Below are positions 1-13,827 of a stretch of 64,000 nt of DNA, piece by piece. The stretch is from Octopus vulgaris. Its lineage: Eukaryota. The DNA is taken from assembly GCA_951406725.2 (NCBI GenBank), contig OX597820.1, positions 96,596,001 to 96,660,000 of the forward strand, in the 5' to 3' direction. The position numbers and the translations under genes were made by a program. Position 1 is the stretch's first letter. Each line of letters opens with the position of its first letter. The notes beneath the pieces were generated by a model. That model saw nothing but the letters and a program-made list of their open reading frames with translations. It had not been told where the DNA came from and made no database searches.

Positions 1-480
1 AATACTCTTGCTTTAACAATCCAACCACTTCGTGAAGGCTCATCCATCTCCCTGCCGTCACGAAGGCGTCATTAAAAAATTTTTTTCTGTTAGCCACGGA
101 GCTCCTTGGGAGCTCAAATTTTGCACAAAATTTATGCATGTTCTGATCTTCATGAATAATCTTGCGTACATTTGCCACACCAAACTTAAACTGAATACTT
201 ATTGTCTGTACAGACAAACGACGGCCTTCATGCAGGAAATTGCGAATTTTCCCAACCAGCTCTGCTCTGACATCCTTCTCCCTCGCATCCATCTCATCCT
301 CTTACTTCCTCTCTATCGTCCTTGAACCTCTTGTACCAGCAGTAAAGAGATGCTCAGCTAATACAAGTTAATCCATATACAGACTGGAGCATTTCATGTG
401 TTTCTGAAGCGTTTTTGCCCATCTTAACACAAAAATTTGTTGCATAGCGAGTTTCCAAATTTGTCTTCACGTTCTAACTG
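1..480 (-). mobile_element. Decayed mariner-family transposase, N-terminal HTH region (continues beyond window start)
   Basis: Manual minus-strand translation gives NLETRYATNFCVKMGKNASETHEMLQSVYG..SLYCWYKRFKD..KIRNFLHEGRRLSVQTIS..VRKIIHEDQNMHKFCAKF. This is typical of Mos1-like HTH1/HTH2, with stops and frameshifts. Confidence 0.8.
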
Positions 481-1277
481 CGTTCTGCAAACTAGTCAGC
501 TACGACAAGCGGTGTTCAGAAGAGTGTGTTTAAAGTACTGTTACAGCCACCTCCTTTTAAATAAATTGTTAGGAATTTTTAAAATATTAGTAGATCTGCT
601 TCTTAAACGTATAGTAACGAGATACTAAAATTACAATAATCTAGGAGTTATAACAGCCTCCCCTAAAAAGCCTGAAAACATCAAAAATGCACTCGTAACT
701 TGTGATAGAAAACAAACAGGACATCCCGCCCCACGAACATCATTACCGATTAGTCCACATAACGCCTACATCATCCCGCTGGAAAATTACGTTTTAGAAG
801 TGTTTCACGGTTCGTTCATCGCGGATTCTTTAAACGTTGATGAAAAATAAAATTAAATACTATAATATATTTGTAAAGTATACACTTCTCGTACACTTTA
901 TAATCTCTTATAATATTCAGCTCAGTAAAACTAACAGGAATATGAATAATTCATCTTCTTTTGGTTCACTATCTTCATCTAAGATACAATCTTTAAAATC
1001 TACCGTCAATTCATCGACGTGTGATACTTTTAAGATATTGCAATACTTGATTTTATAATATAAAATAAACAATGAAAACTAAAAAGAATGAAATTATATT
1101 TAACAGACACAATTAATACCCTTCTAAGACAAGTCTGTTTGATCTATATTAATTCACTTGGACTTCTTAAAATAGAACCCATAGACTGAGGATAAATGTT
1201 TCCTTTCCGACTTACCACTATAAAGTGGTCTTCTGTTAGTCTTTAAGACATAGTATTAGATTTAAAATTATGCATTT

Positions 1278-1460
1278 AGATGAGCAGGCAGGAGTGTTAA
1301 CGTGCCGATCAAAATGCTTAGAGACATTTCTTTTGATGGTTACCGTTCTGAGTTCAAACCCCGCTGAGGTAAACTTTGTCTTTCCTCCTTTCACGGTGGA
1401 TAAAATAAAGTGCCAGTCAAGTACAGTGGTCGATATAATCGACAATCCCTCTCCCCTCAA
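1278..1460 (+). mobile_element. SINE family A (tRNA head plus Meta-like domain), degenerate
   Basis: Diverged match to the family A consensus (cgttctgagttcaaa..ctttcctcctttc..gataaa). Confidence 0.65.
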
Positions 1461-1733
1461 GGCGGTTCTCCGGCATGGCTGCAGTCGAATGGCAGAAACA
1501 AATAAAATAAATAGATGTAGAGAGGAATGTGTAATTAAAACAAGACGACCGAATGGCGAACTATTACGGAACCTGCCAGATTCGAGACTAACTAGTTTAG
1601 TTGGACATTGTTTGGTTTTGGAGTGACTGGTGGTAGGAGGAACCCTTTACAGATTTCGTTCTGCAAATATTTATTCCTTGATTCGTCTCTGTTGTAATAA
1701 CGGTTAAACAAGCATTGTGCACCGCTGCTGTCT

Positions 1734-1883
1734 ATGGGCACAAAAATAAACAGAAAAAGCGTAGCATTAGATGATAAATTAGAAGTGTTGCAGAGATCTA
1801 GTAATGGACAGCGAGCAGTAGTTATTGGAGGAATTCCCCAGTTGCAACCAACAAATATTCGCCGTAATACCCCGCAAAAATTA
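1734..1883 (+). mobile_element. pogo/Tigger transposase N-terminal fragment (CENP-B/psq-type HTH)
   Basis: Translates as MGTKINRKSVALDDKLEVLQRSSNGQRAVVIG, resembling the KRKxxxLxxKLEVIxRxExG start of Tigger transposases. Truncated. Confidence 0.6.
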
Positions 1884-1969
1884 GGTATTATGTTCAAAGT
1901 GTAACACATTTAGCTACTACAAAATGAATTTGGTATAGAACCAGATTAATGAGGAATACCTTTTCTTTT

Positions 1970-2182
1970 GTCTTTTACGTGTTTCAGTCATTAGACTGCG
2001 GCCATGCTACGGCACCGCCTTAGAGAATTGTTTAATTGAATGAATCGTCCCAGTACTTAGCTTTTTTTTAAAGCCTGCTACTTACTCTATTGGTCCCTTT
2101 TGCCGAACAACTACGTTACGGGGATGTAAACACACTATCACTGGTTGTCAAGCGATGCTGGGGGACAAACATAGACGTATAC

Positions 2183-2229
<47 letters not shown>

Positions 2230-2407
2230 AACACACACACACACACATTCACACACAAATACTTCTTTCAGTTCCGTCTACCAAACCCACTCTCATGGGT
2301 TTGGTAGGTCCGAGGCTATAGTAGAAGACACTTGCCCAAGCTGCCTCGCAGTAAGACTGAACCCGGAACCATGCAAGCATTTTATCACACAGCCACGTCT
2401 GTGCCTA
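1970..2407 (-). mobile_element. SINE family B (tRNA head, CORE-like domain, internal CA/TA microsatellite)
   Basis: Matches the copies at 26675, 38863 and 60952 (gacacttgcccaag, ttccgtctaccaaa, gcggccatgct). Confidence 0.85.
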
Positions 2408-2439
2408 TAGAATAAGGGGAAAGGTTTTTAAATATATAA

Positions 2440-2940
2440 ATGGAGAGATGACATGCATCATTATAACCCTCCATGTTTGCTATTTGCCATCCAAACAAGA
2501 GATTTAAGACTTGCATTTTAAGACTTGTATTAATAGACCAAGATACCCAGGGAGGTGTCCGTGCATCAGTTATAGAGGGAGATGATTGGCAAACAGGGTT
2601 TATCGGTTAGCCTATTGGATTAATGGATATGTGGGGGGGGGGGAATAATGATGAAGTGAGGGGCGTGTGGTAATGATAAAATTACAAGAAGGGAGAGAAT
2701 AAATTAGGAGAGGTGAGTTGGTGTACGACTGTGGAAGTTTGCATCTGGTGTTGGCTAGTAACATTTGTCCTTAGATTGTTGCCACAAGAGCGAGGATTGT
2801 CAAGTCAGCAAAGTGCCTCTTTTTTTGGAGGCGTCGCTCGGCCAGGACATAAAGGCGTTACACTTGCCGGTCGATTTGATGAATATATAATCCCGGTTAT
2901 GGAGTTTCCGGAGACAGTCGAATTCCGGTACGAGTAAGAA
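2440..2940 (-). mobile_element. Penelope-like element remnant (start of RT plus pyrimidine-rich tail)
   Basis: Minus strand reads LRKLHNRDYIFIKSTGKCNAFMSW, resembling the PLE LxxLxxxxDIxIKPADKGxAxVVW motif. Homologous to 4960-5300. Confidence 0.55.
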
Positions 2941-3029
2941 TTATAATCACTTTGCAGTTTTCTAAGCTTGAAGGCATACAAATCTTAGCAGCACACGTCA
3001 AATGATCGATCGAGTTTTGTAGATTCACA

Positions 3030-3600
<571 letters not shown>

Positions 3601-3793
3601 AGGCGCACTTTCATACATGCACAAACGTGTGCGTGTGTATCTGTGTATGTGTATTTATGAGTATTCTAGTATCAGTTTCTGTCAGCTATTATTGATCATA
3701 GGTCGTAGAAGTATTGCACTATTAATGTTCATGTCTTTAAATATAACGGAAAGATTCTCATGAATCACATAATACATAAGAGAATATATATAA

Positions 3794-4167
3794 CTAGCAG
3801 TATCGCCCGGCGTTGCTCAGGTTTGTAAGGGAAATAACTATAAAGCATTTTTAGAGAGTTATAGCCAAAAAATGGAAAAATATATGGTAATTTTTTTTTT
3901 GAGAGTTAAAAAAGGATGGAGTTGCGTCCCCTAGACAGTTTGTGGTTCGTGTTTCTGATTCTCGACCCCATGTCGAATTTATCGATTTTTTTCAGAACTG
4001 GCGGAACTTTTCAAAATTTTGGCTGCGTTAGTTTTGAATTATGACGTTGGGCTATGTGTGTGTCAAGTTTCATCAGAATCGGTTGAAAGCCGTGGTCAGG
4101 GTGAGGGTACAAGCAAACAGACACACAGAAACACGCACAGACAAACTGCCGTTTATATATAGAGAGA
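3794..4167 (-). mobile_element. Non-autonomous Helitron
   Basis: On the minus strand it has a 5' TC, a 3' CTAG preceded by an imperfect GC hairpin, and sits between A and T. Termini are shared with 55519-55918. Confidence 0.8.
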
Positions 4168-4307
4168 TAATAATTATAATCTCTATAAATTATCTCGTAA
4201 TAAATAACGTAAGAACTAATGTCATAAGTAATATAAGTAATGTTAAGAATATATAGATATTTAAGGTTCGATTCCATTGAGCTTCGTCTTCTACTCGCGT
4301 ATTTTGT

Positions 4308-4680
4308 CACAGCGGATCTTTTCTGTTTGGCTGCACCTAATTTTCAAGTTTAGTGAACATTTTAAAATTTGGTATATTGATGTAATTTTCCACGCTGAAT
4401 TCCAGGGGCTAATTCCCTTTTTCCTGAAAATTTTTTTAAAAAAGTTATGGAAGTTAAAGTTTGATCATTTTTGCCCAGTCAGAAAACAGGATTTGGAAGC
4501 CGTGATTTTGTGCGTGACTGCACGTGTTGTCATCTGTAAACAAATGAAATATTGGAGGAATTCTGCTTTACACACGCCATATAATCCCTCAAAACTTTTT
4601 ATTATTTTTTGGAATTTTTAGAAAGTTTTTGCAAATTTGCATTCTACACGCGGAAATTCATACAATTAGGCAAAAACCAA
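4308..4680. mobile_element. DNA-transposon-like terminal sequence, family unassigned
   Basis: tcagaaaacaggatttg at about 4480 recurs inverted at about 63480. AT-rich subterminal motifs resemble those at 15836 and 55093. Confidence 0.35.
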
Positions 4681-4959
4681 ACACAACATTTTTAGCGCAC
4701 CTCACGACCACCTCATACCTCATGTGTTTTAAGTATTTGATAAGCCAAAAATGATCACGTGGGTAAGCAGTTTGGTAACAGCTTGACTTGTTACTATGGA
4801 AACAGGCACCTATATGTTTGTGGCATTTTGGGGAAATGACATTTTCTATATCTTTGGGTCAATTCATACCTTGTGAATGAAATTAGACAGACAATTGAAT
4901 AAATCGTGAATGAAATTGGCTAGATTCAATATTAAAAAATGACGAAGAAGATTAAACTG

Positions 4960-5300
4960 TGCTCCCATCAGAACCTGACTCTCACCGGAAACTCCATAAC
5001 AGAGATAATATATACATCAAATCGACCAACAAACGTGACGCCTGTGTGTTCTGGCGAATTGACCTCTACAAGTAAGAAGCACTTTGGTAACTTGATATCC
5101 CTCTCTTCTACAACAACCTAAGGACGTTACTAGCCACTGCCAGACACAAGACTCCACAACCCTGTTCCAAATTATCTCTTCTAATTAAGTCTCTCCCTTC
5201 TGCTAATAACGTTATCATTACCACATCCCGAACTTTCACCATTTACTTCCTCCCTCACATCCGCCAATCGTCTCCATATGTAACTGACCCTTCCTGGGTA
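4960..5300 (+). mobile_element. Penelope-like element remnant (RT N-terminal motif)
   Basis: HRKLHNRDNIYIKSTNKRDACVFWRIDLYK*EALW*LDIPLFY resembles the PLE ..DIIIKPADKGGAVVVWRTDLYxxEAxRQLSDxxFY motif. It is a diverged inverted copy of 2440-2940. Confidence 0.6.
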
Positions 5301-5619
5301 TCTTGGTAATCTATTGCCACTGCTTTTGAGTGAAAATGGATAGAGACTGCATGGAAGCCTGTTGAGTACACTATACCTGTAATTCAATAGGTACAACCGT
5401 GTCACTCTTTGTATCATGCTGATTCTACCTGAGAATTATATTAAGGATACACGTTTCTGTGGAATGCTTAGTTACTCGCACATTAATTCAGGGGCAGATA
5501 ATTCAGTTGGTTGAACTAATGAATTTTCATCACCGATCATCGAAGGTCTACCATCAGCAACACTCTGAAGCATTATCGTAGTCGCCCAACAATTTTAATT
5601 ATGGTTTCTTTCAAATTTA

Positions 5620-5997
5620 AGCACAACGCCAGTAGTTTTGTAGGCAGAGAATTAGTCAATAATCATCGACTCCAGTATTCGACAGGTACTTACTTTAAAG
5701 AATATAAGGCAAAGTTGTATCCGGCCGGGACTTGAACTCTGAACGTAGAGTATGAAGAAATACTTATTTCTTTACTGCCTACAAATGGCTAAACAAAGAG
5801 AGGACAAACAAGGACAGACATACGGATTATGTCGATTATATCGACCCCAGTGCATAACTGGTACTTATTTAATCGACCCCGAAAGGATGAAAGGCAAAGT
5901 CGACCCAGCGGAATTTGAACTCAGAACGTAGCTAGAGTAGGAAGAAATACCGCGAAGTATTTTGTCCAATAGTAACGATTCTGGCAGCTGACCTCCT
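5620..5997 (-). mobile_element. SINE family A with internal duplication
   Basis: gaccccgaaaggatgaaaggcaaagtcgac is the reverse complement of the family A core. Confidence 0.8.
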
Positions 5998-6954
5998 TAC
6001 TAATTTTAATAATTGAAGGTGCTCTTGTCTATTAACCAATCTAGTTAAGATAAGTTAATTTAATGCAGCTGTGGCTGTTATTGTTGATGTTGAGGGTGTA
6101 TTTAGTTAATGGAATTATAAACAATCTTAGTCAATAGAGTGGGCTAGACTGGACAAAAGTGTGTTGAGTCAGCATGATTGTTAATTTTTGTAAGGTAATA
6201 TAATTCCTAATGCTACAGGTGAAGCTCTTTTTCAGTTAATAGCTCTGCCTGACTTTAGATATTTCCTTTTCTTAAAGCAAACTAACATACTCCACTTTCT
6301 TCTTTCCCCGCTGTATAATAAATACCGGCATAGCTATGTGGTTAGGAAATCGCATCGCAGCTACATGTTTTCAGGTTCGATCACCTTGCACAGCAACTTG
6401 GGCCAGTGTCTTTATGACTGAAATTTGACTGGCGGAAACTTCAGTGGAGGCCTCTTCCTGTTATGGAGTGAAAAACTGATATCTGTTGCCTGGCTTAAAA
6501 CCACCATTTGGGCCTTAGGTTCTTTTAGCGGATTGGTCTCTATTGCAAAGGTTTGGGCCAGGTTTCCAGTCTGGGAATTACCGCTGCTCTCCACCAGGTT
6601 ATACAGATCATGGGCGTTGCCCTTCCGCCTCTGACTATATAGCAGTTACTCGCCAAACACCCACACTCTACGCATACACACACTAACACACACATGCACG
6701 CACACACACACTACAAACAACACACACACATGATACATATAGCCCTTTGTTTTTTTGACCTGGCTTTGACCTGGCTTGATACAAACAGCTAGTAGTCATT
6801 ATGACAGCTGACTTTGTCATTGCTTTTTATTCACCAAAAATACACACACACACACACGCACGCACAAACACACTTGTCATCTTGCACACACACACACACA
6901 CACACACACGCATTCCTTTTTTTAAACTCTCTTGCCTTATAAAACCATGTTTCG

Positions 6955-7199
6955 ACTACCTCTCAACTTCTGTTCTTTCAACATGTGATCTCTTGAGCAC
7001 CACCAGCTCAAATATTTTTTCCTCTGTCTTCCCTTCTTGGGATCTTTCCTTCTCCTTGTTTCCGACGAAGAGCTCCGCTCGAAACGTTAAACCCTCCTTC
7101 CCTTCTTTCCTGAGCGTCAATAATACTTTAATTGTTCCACGTCCTGCGTTGCTGTGTTTTTTTTTTTTTCTTTTTTTCTGTGTTTTCTTGTTTGGATTA

Positions 7200-7203
<4 letters not shown>
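6955..7203 (+). mobile_element. Penelope-type mini-element with minimal hammerhead-like motif (7058-7092), ending in (TA)n
   Basis: gttt-CCGACGA-a-GAGC-tcc-GCTC-GAAACGT-T-aaac. Near-identical copy at 15040-15218. Confidence 0.6.
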
Positions 7204-7230
<27 letters not shown>

Positions 7231-7386
7231 GGTGGGGGGCGTATAATTGAAAACATTTGGAGTTAACAAGGAGAACGGCTGGACATTTATTTTTAATCAC
7301 TACAATTGTTTCTATGCAACGTAGTTCTCCGGGCGTGCTGGTACTTAATTATGCAACCGTTTCCCTGCATTATGAGATCTAGTTAA

Positions 7387-7818
7387 GGCGGCGAGCTGGC
7401 AGAAACGTTAGCACGCCGGGCGAGATGCTTAGCGGTATTTCGTCTGCCGTTACGTTCTGAGTTCAAATTCCGCCGAGGTCAACTTTGCCTTTCATCCTTT
7501 CGGGGTCGATTAAATAAGTACCAGTTACGCACTGGGGTCGATATAATCGACTTAATCCGTTTGTCTGTCCTTGATTGTCCCCTCTATGTGTAGCCCCTTG
7601 TGGGCAGTAAAGAAATAAGAAACGTTAGCACGCCGGGTGAAAATGCTTAGAGATATTTCGTCTGTCTTTACGTTCTGAGTTCAAATTCCGCCGAGGTCGA
7701 CTTTGCCTGTCATCCTTTAGGGCTCGATAAATTGAGTACCAGTTGCGTACTGGAGTCGATCTAATCGACTGTCCCCCTCCCCCCAAATTTCGGACCTTGT
7801 GCCGAGAGTAGAAAAGAA
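7387..7818 (+). mobile_element. SINE family A with 13-bp TSD
   Basis: tRNA-like head ggcggcgagctggcagaa..gagttcaaattcc, Meta-like gcctttcatcctttcggggtcgat, and TSD attatgagatcta at 7369-7381 and 7819-7831. Confidence 0.9.
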
Positions 7819-8002
7819 ATTATGAGATCTACTTGCATTTCCTCAGGCAATATGTAAATATTGTCTCCGTAAGTTCAAATTCTCGGCTTCGAGAACATCC
7901 TCTCTATCTGTCGTGGCCTGAAGTTAATAGTTATTGCAGAGTTTATTAAGGAGTGCTGTTGCTGAAAGGCCGTTGGAAAACTACTTTGAATGTGTAGTTG
8001 TA

Positions 8003-8950
8003 GTTTCTACGGTTGGATGCTCTTCCTAACGTCAACCACTTTACAGAGTGCAGTGGGTACTTTTATGCAGCACCGGCACGGGTACTTTTACGTGGCGCCA
8101 GCACAAGTGCTTTTTACGTGACACCAGCACTCACGAGCCCGCAAGATTAGGAACGCTCGGATGGAGAAGGATGCAGGGGACATGCATGTAAGCAAAAGCG
8201 AGCACGCATTTACTTAGCTTGATATATCTTCTCAAGCACAGCAAAGTGCCAGAAGTCTCGAACCCCCGTCATGCCCTTTGTGAGGCCCAACATCTGCAGA
8301 TCCTTTCTCACCACTTCGTCTCACGTCTTTCTTGGGTCTACTCCTTCCACACGTTCCCTTCAGAATCAGAGCTCGGCACTTACTGATGCAACTGTCTTCA
8401 TTCATACGTATTACCTGACCGCACAAGTGCATTCTTTTCTCTTGCACACTACATCTGATGTCCCGTATACCCAGTTTTTCTCTCAAATCGCTTACACTCT
8501 GTTGTATGCGAACACTGGCATTATCCATCCAGCAGAGCATACTGGTTCCATTTTTTTTCAAGCCTTCGCATGTCTTCAGTAGTCACAGCCAATGTTTCAC
8601 TGCCATCATACAATCTGCCTTTCACTCTAACGGAGAGGCTCTTTGTTACTAACAGAGGTAGCAGCTCTCTGAACTTTGCCCAGCCTATTGTTATTCTAGC
8701 GGCTATGCTTTCGGAACAGCTTCCACCATTGCTAACTTTGTAAACCTAAATAAGGGAAACTGTCTACTACTTCTAAGGATCACCTCCTGACATTTGAGGG
8801 AGTCTATTTTTTGTACATTCCTGGTGTTGTAATGTACTTGCACGTCTTCCACATGTAAAGACTACGTTTTCTGTGATACCGCTGCACCATTTATGTGTCC
8901 ATAGCTTGTACTAGGTACACCGTATGGAGTTTCTCCCGACAACTTACCTA
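8003..8950 (-). mobile_element. RTE-clade LINE 3' remnant
   Basis: ORF 8232-8561 (MLCWM..LREKLGIRDI..RMHLCGQVIRMNED..GTCGRSRPKK) resembles an RTE C-terminus. RTE-type 3' tail, reverse complement ggaagagcatccaaccgtagaaa. Confidence 0.8.
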
Positions 8951-9400
8951 CATATCGAGCAGAGCCATCTCCCTGAAGGAAGCTGTGACTTGTCTGTTTT
9001 CCTGCTTATTAGGGTTTGTGTGTGTGTAGAAACAGAGAGGGAGAGAAAGAGAGAGACTCGATATATGCCTAACATAAACATAAGATTACACGAATCTTAT
9101 AATCAGTCGATTAAAAGAATGCCTGCGCTGAAATTTGGACAATTTCGTAACACATAGGATGAAAAGTATTGCTCTGTCAATTCCGTCAATGGACGAGGCA
9201 TGGTCACATTGTTAAAAAAGAAACAAAAATTTCTCGTGCTTTTAATGTTACAGAAACTGGGAAATAAACATTGTTTCTCCATAATATCTAATGTTCATGA
9301 ATAAATAGAACTATACTAATGTATCTAATGTAAATTAATATAGATCTATTTACAGTATGGGGTACCGATAGAATTAGTTTTATTCAATATCAATAATATC

Positions 9401-9997
9401 TATTTCTTTATTACCCACAAGGGGCTAAACACAGAGGGGACAAACAAGGACAGACGTAGGTATTAAGTCGATTACATCGACCCCAGTTCGTAACTGGTAC
9501 TTAATTTATCGACCCCGAAAGAATGAAAGGCAAAGTCGACCCCGGCGGAATTTGAACCCACAACGTAACGCAGACGAAATACCTATTTCTTTATTACCCA
9601 CAAGGGGCTAAACACAGAGGGAACAAACAAGGACAGACATAGGTATTAAGTCGATTACATCGACCCCAGTGCGTAACTGGTACTTAATTTATCGACCCCG
9701 AAAGGATGAAAGGCAAAGTCGACTTCGGCGGAATTTGAACCCACAACGTAACGCAGACGAAATACCTATTTCTTTATTACCCACAAGGGGTTAAACACAG
9801 AGGGGACAAACAAGGACAGACATAGGTATTAAGTCGATTACATCGACCCCAGTGCGTAACTGGTACCTAATTTATCGACCCCCGAAAGGATGAAAGGCAA
9901 AGTCGACCTCGGCGGAATTTGAACCCACAACGTAACGCAGACGAAATACCGCTAAGCATTCCGCCCAGCGTGCTAACGTTTCTGCCAGCTCGCCGCC
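9401..9997 (-). mobile_element. SINE family A with three ~180-bp internal tandem units and an 18-bp TSD
   Basis: Three near-identical units. TSD ttcaatatcaataatatc at 9383-9400 and 9999-10016. Confidence 0.9.
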
Positions 9998-10936
9998 TTT
10001 CAATATCAATAATATCATTGCAAAAACTATATCAGTCAGCAAGACAATTTTCTATATGGTGGATTAGCGTGTTCAAACTGCCATAGGCAAATGTCACACT
10101 GTTTTTAAAATCTACTTAAGCCCAGAATCTTACAACAGCATGTCAACAGAAGCAGCAACAGTAACAAAACAATAGTAACAATTCTGATTTGACATCTCCA
10201 CAAAATAGCTATTTTTACTATTCTGCTTACCTTAACATAAATACGAGTTTTGACTTCACCAAAAGACGCAGACCTCCTTTGCGTGTGCTACACGTACAAA
10301 ATATCGCAGAATTTTTGTCGTTTTATTTATTGCCCTGGAAGCTGTTTAAATGCTCTCCGCTTCACTTTCATTCTAATTAAATTAATTTCTATTCTCTCTA
10401 TCAATTAATTAAAGGTTTGGTATAAATTTTAATTTAGGTGTCACGAACGAAGGAAAATAGTTCTGACAAAATTCATACACAAAAAAAATATGCGCTGAGA
10501 ATATTTACTGTTTTTATTTCATTTTATAGTGTATACTTTCGTCTGAGTCACCACAACTTGTGTAATGTGTTTAATTTCAGTGTAGCTACTAAGATCTATC
10601 ATTAGAACACAAACAGGAGAGTAGAAGACAAGTTATAATTATGATGGATCGCAGGAAAATTGTACCTTCCTAATTTTGATCAAAGTTCAAATGTTATAAT
10701 AGAGCAACGAAACGTCTGCTCAGAGGTTAACAGTATAACAACCTACATACTTATCTGTCTATCTGTATATCTACCTGTTTATCTAAAATTGCTACTTACC
10801 TACGTATTTATCTGTCTCTTTGTGTATCTATCTATCTATCTAACATCTATCTGTAACTCTCTGTTTTACTACCGACATACATCTCTTTCCCTAATCGTAT
10901 ATGTGTGCATCTAAGTCTCTTTCATTCTTTCTATTG

Positions 10937-10987
<51 letters not shown>

Positions 10988-12817
10988 CCTCTGTCTTTCT
11001 GTCTGTCTGTTTAACTAGCTAGCAAAGACTGTGTCTTTGTGTGAGTGTAAATAGTTGTGTATAAGTATGCATGTGCGGCAAATGACGTTTTTGTCTGTAG
11101 AAGTGGTCAAGAGAGTGTAAGGAAAGTGAAGGATTTGGAAAAGTATGGAAGTGGGTAAAATCGCTACAGAAACAAACCAAGTGAACAGAAATGGAAATGA
11201 TGTAAGGTATGCTAGGGTAATTAAATACTGACAAAAGAACATTACAGCCGAATTAAGAACTGGAGACAAGAGTGAATACAAGTTCACTCAATACATTATC
11301 TGCCTCGAGAACTGTATATTCAGTATAAATATATTTGGAATGCCTTTCATTATATCTATTAATTTCGCAGCCAAATAAATTCTTATATACATCGAGAGAG
11401 CAACATTTGGATTACCACAACTAAAAAGAAAATATATAATAATTAGGGGAAAGAATTATAAAACCAAAGAACGTTCATAGTCTTCAGAAGGGGTAGTTTA
11501 AATGACGCAGGCTGCTTGGTTACGTTATAAAAAGAATAAGAAACGAAAACCTGATAAAAGATGGTAAGTTGCACTAAAATCAATCTTATCTCAAGATAAA
11601 CAGTATGTTTTTTTTTATCTTTTTTTTATTTCTGCTTGTTCTGGGGAGATGTGCAGCGCCAAGGAGAGCAACGCCAGGAAGGGAAGCGCAAGAGAGGGCA
11701 ACGCCATGGAGAACAGTAGCAATAACACTTTTCAGGGTTTCTGAGATTAATGAGAGGAAGGAGTAAATTATTTTCACACTTAAGACCTGGCCTAGAAGCT
11801 TATATCGGAGCGGACTCTATTAAACCCAGCCAGGAACCAGGTGATGGTGTCAAACCGGGCAACAGATAGTATTATCAAATATTTTTATGTATTTCATTGC
11901 ATGACTTATTTTTACGCACATACACGTTATGCTAAAAAAAATTGTACCGAACCGAGTAGGTATAGTAGCACACTACCCACTGAAAAATAATCGGTTCGTA
12001 TCCTAATACCGGTTGTGTAAATGGCCAATATATTTCACATTTAAACTGCCCCTCACCAGCTGCTGTAAATGTATATCACACGGTGATAAAAGTCATCGCT
12101 GCTAAGAAGGAGAGTACAGTAAGATTGGAAAGTGTTTTGTTAGTGCAGCACCGAGTTGAACCATGAAGGGCCCTGCAAACAGCAGCATAGCTAGAGTGTG
12201 TACCAACGGAAGCAGTACTTGAGCTTGCCGCGCTCCTCCCTATACAGCAGACTCTGAAAAATCTCCGCCCTAAAAGCGTCAACTGGGACAAACCGTCTCC
12301 CTCCCCACGTATGCTACTGTCTTCTAGGCTAATACATGAACTCCCTGATGAACTGTATAAAATCGAAAACTTCTTTGAAGCTAAGCGGTACTATTGATAT
12401 TCTATAATTGTTTGTTTTTATAAATGAAATAGCTGAGTTACTGCTGTATAGGGTCATATTTTATGAGTCAAGAATTAAAATCTCTGCATGTATTTCTTTG
12501 TGAAAAACATTTTATGTGCCATGTCAGATCTTGTAGCAAAAGCCAATCATAACAAATTATTCGTTTAGGATCAAACATGACCGCGAATCCTTATACAATT
12601 AACTCGTGAGTGCATGGAAGAAACAGATAAGAGATATCTCAATAAGCATCTAATCTCGATATTAATAGATTTGCTTATTTTTTGGCGGGCGGAGGTGGGG
12701 TGTTTTTATTTTGTTTTTCTTTTCTTTTTACTAAGTATATATCTTTTGTGTTTTTATGAAGCGAAATTATTTTCCTTGGTTCGTGTAGTATTATAATATA
12801 ATGATAATATTATTTAA

Positions 12818-13396
12818 GGCGACGAGCTGGCAGAAACGTTAACACGCCGGACGAAATGCGTAGCCGTATTTCGTCTGCCGTTACGTTCTGAGTTCAAATT
12901 CCGCCGGGGTCGACTTTGCCTTTCATCCTTTCGGATATGATAAATTAAGTACCAGTTACGCACTGGGGTCGATGTAATCGATTTAATCCGTGTGTCTGTC
13001 CTTGTTTGTCCCCTCTATATTTAGCCCCTTGTGGGTAGTAAAGAAATAGGTATTTCGTCTGCCGTTATATTCTGAGTTCAAATTCCGCCGAGGTCGACTT
13101 TGCCTTTCATCCTTTCGGGGTCGATTAAATAAGTACCAGTTATGCACTGGAGTCGATATAATCGACTTAATCCGTATGTCTGTCCTTGTTTGTTCCCTCT
13201 GTGTTTAGCCCCTTGTGGGTAGTAAAGAAATAGGTATTTCGTCTGTCTTACGTTCTGAGTTCAAATTCCACCGAGGTCGACTTTGCCTTTCATCCTTTCG
13301 AGGTCGATAAATTAAGTACCACTTGCGTACTGGGGCAATTTAATCGACTAGCTCCCTCCCCAAAATTTTCAGGCCTTGTGCCTAGTGTAGAAAAGA
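12818..13396 (+). mobile_element. SINE family A, three internal units
   Basis: Head ggcgacgagctggcag followed by three copies of the core. Confidence 0.9.
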
Positions 13397-13399
13397 TTC

Positions 13400-13593
13400 T
13401 TTGACTTGTTGACTGAGGCCATGCTAGAGCACTACCTTTTAGTCAGAGAAATCGACCCTTGGGTTTATTCTTTGTAAGCCTGGTACGTGTTCTGTCTGTT
13501 TTACTGAACTGCTAAGTTACGGGGTCGTAAACACACCAATATCGGTTGTCAAGCGATGGTGGGGGAACAAACACACACACGCACACACACACA

Positions 13594-13661
<68 letters not shown>

Positions 13662-13827
13662 CACGACGGGCTTCTTTCAGTTTCCGTCTTCCAAATCCAC
13701 TGACAAGGTTTTGGTCGGTCCGAGGCTATAGTAGAAGACATTTGCCCAAGGTGCCACTCAGTGGGATTGAACCCGTAACTATGTGGTTGGAAAGGAAGCT
13801 TCTTACCACACAGCCACGCCTGCGCCT
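13400..13827 (-). mobile_element. SINE family B
   Basis: Consensus match with an internal (CA)n. Confidence 0.85.

Noticed and set aside
6430-6640. GC-richer tract as a host exon
   Set aside because: It has no convincing splice sites or recognisable protein. It may be a decayed RT fragment but is too weak to call.
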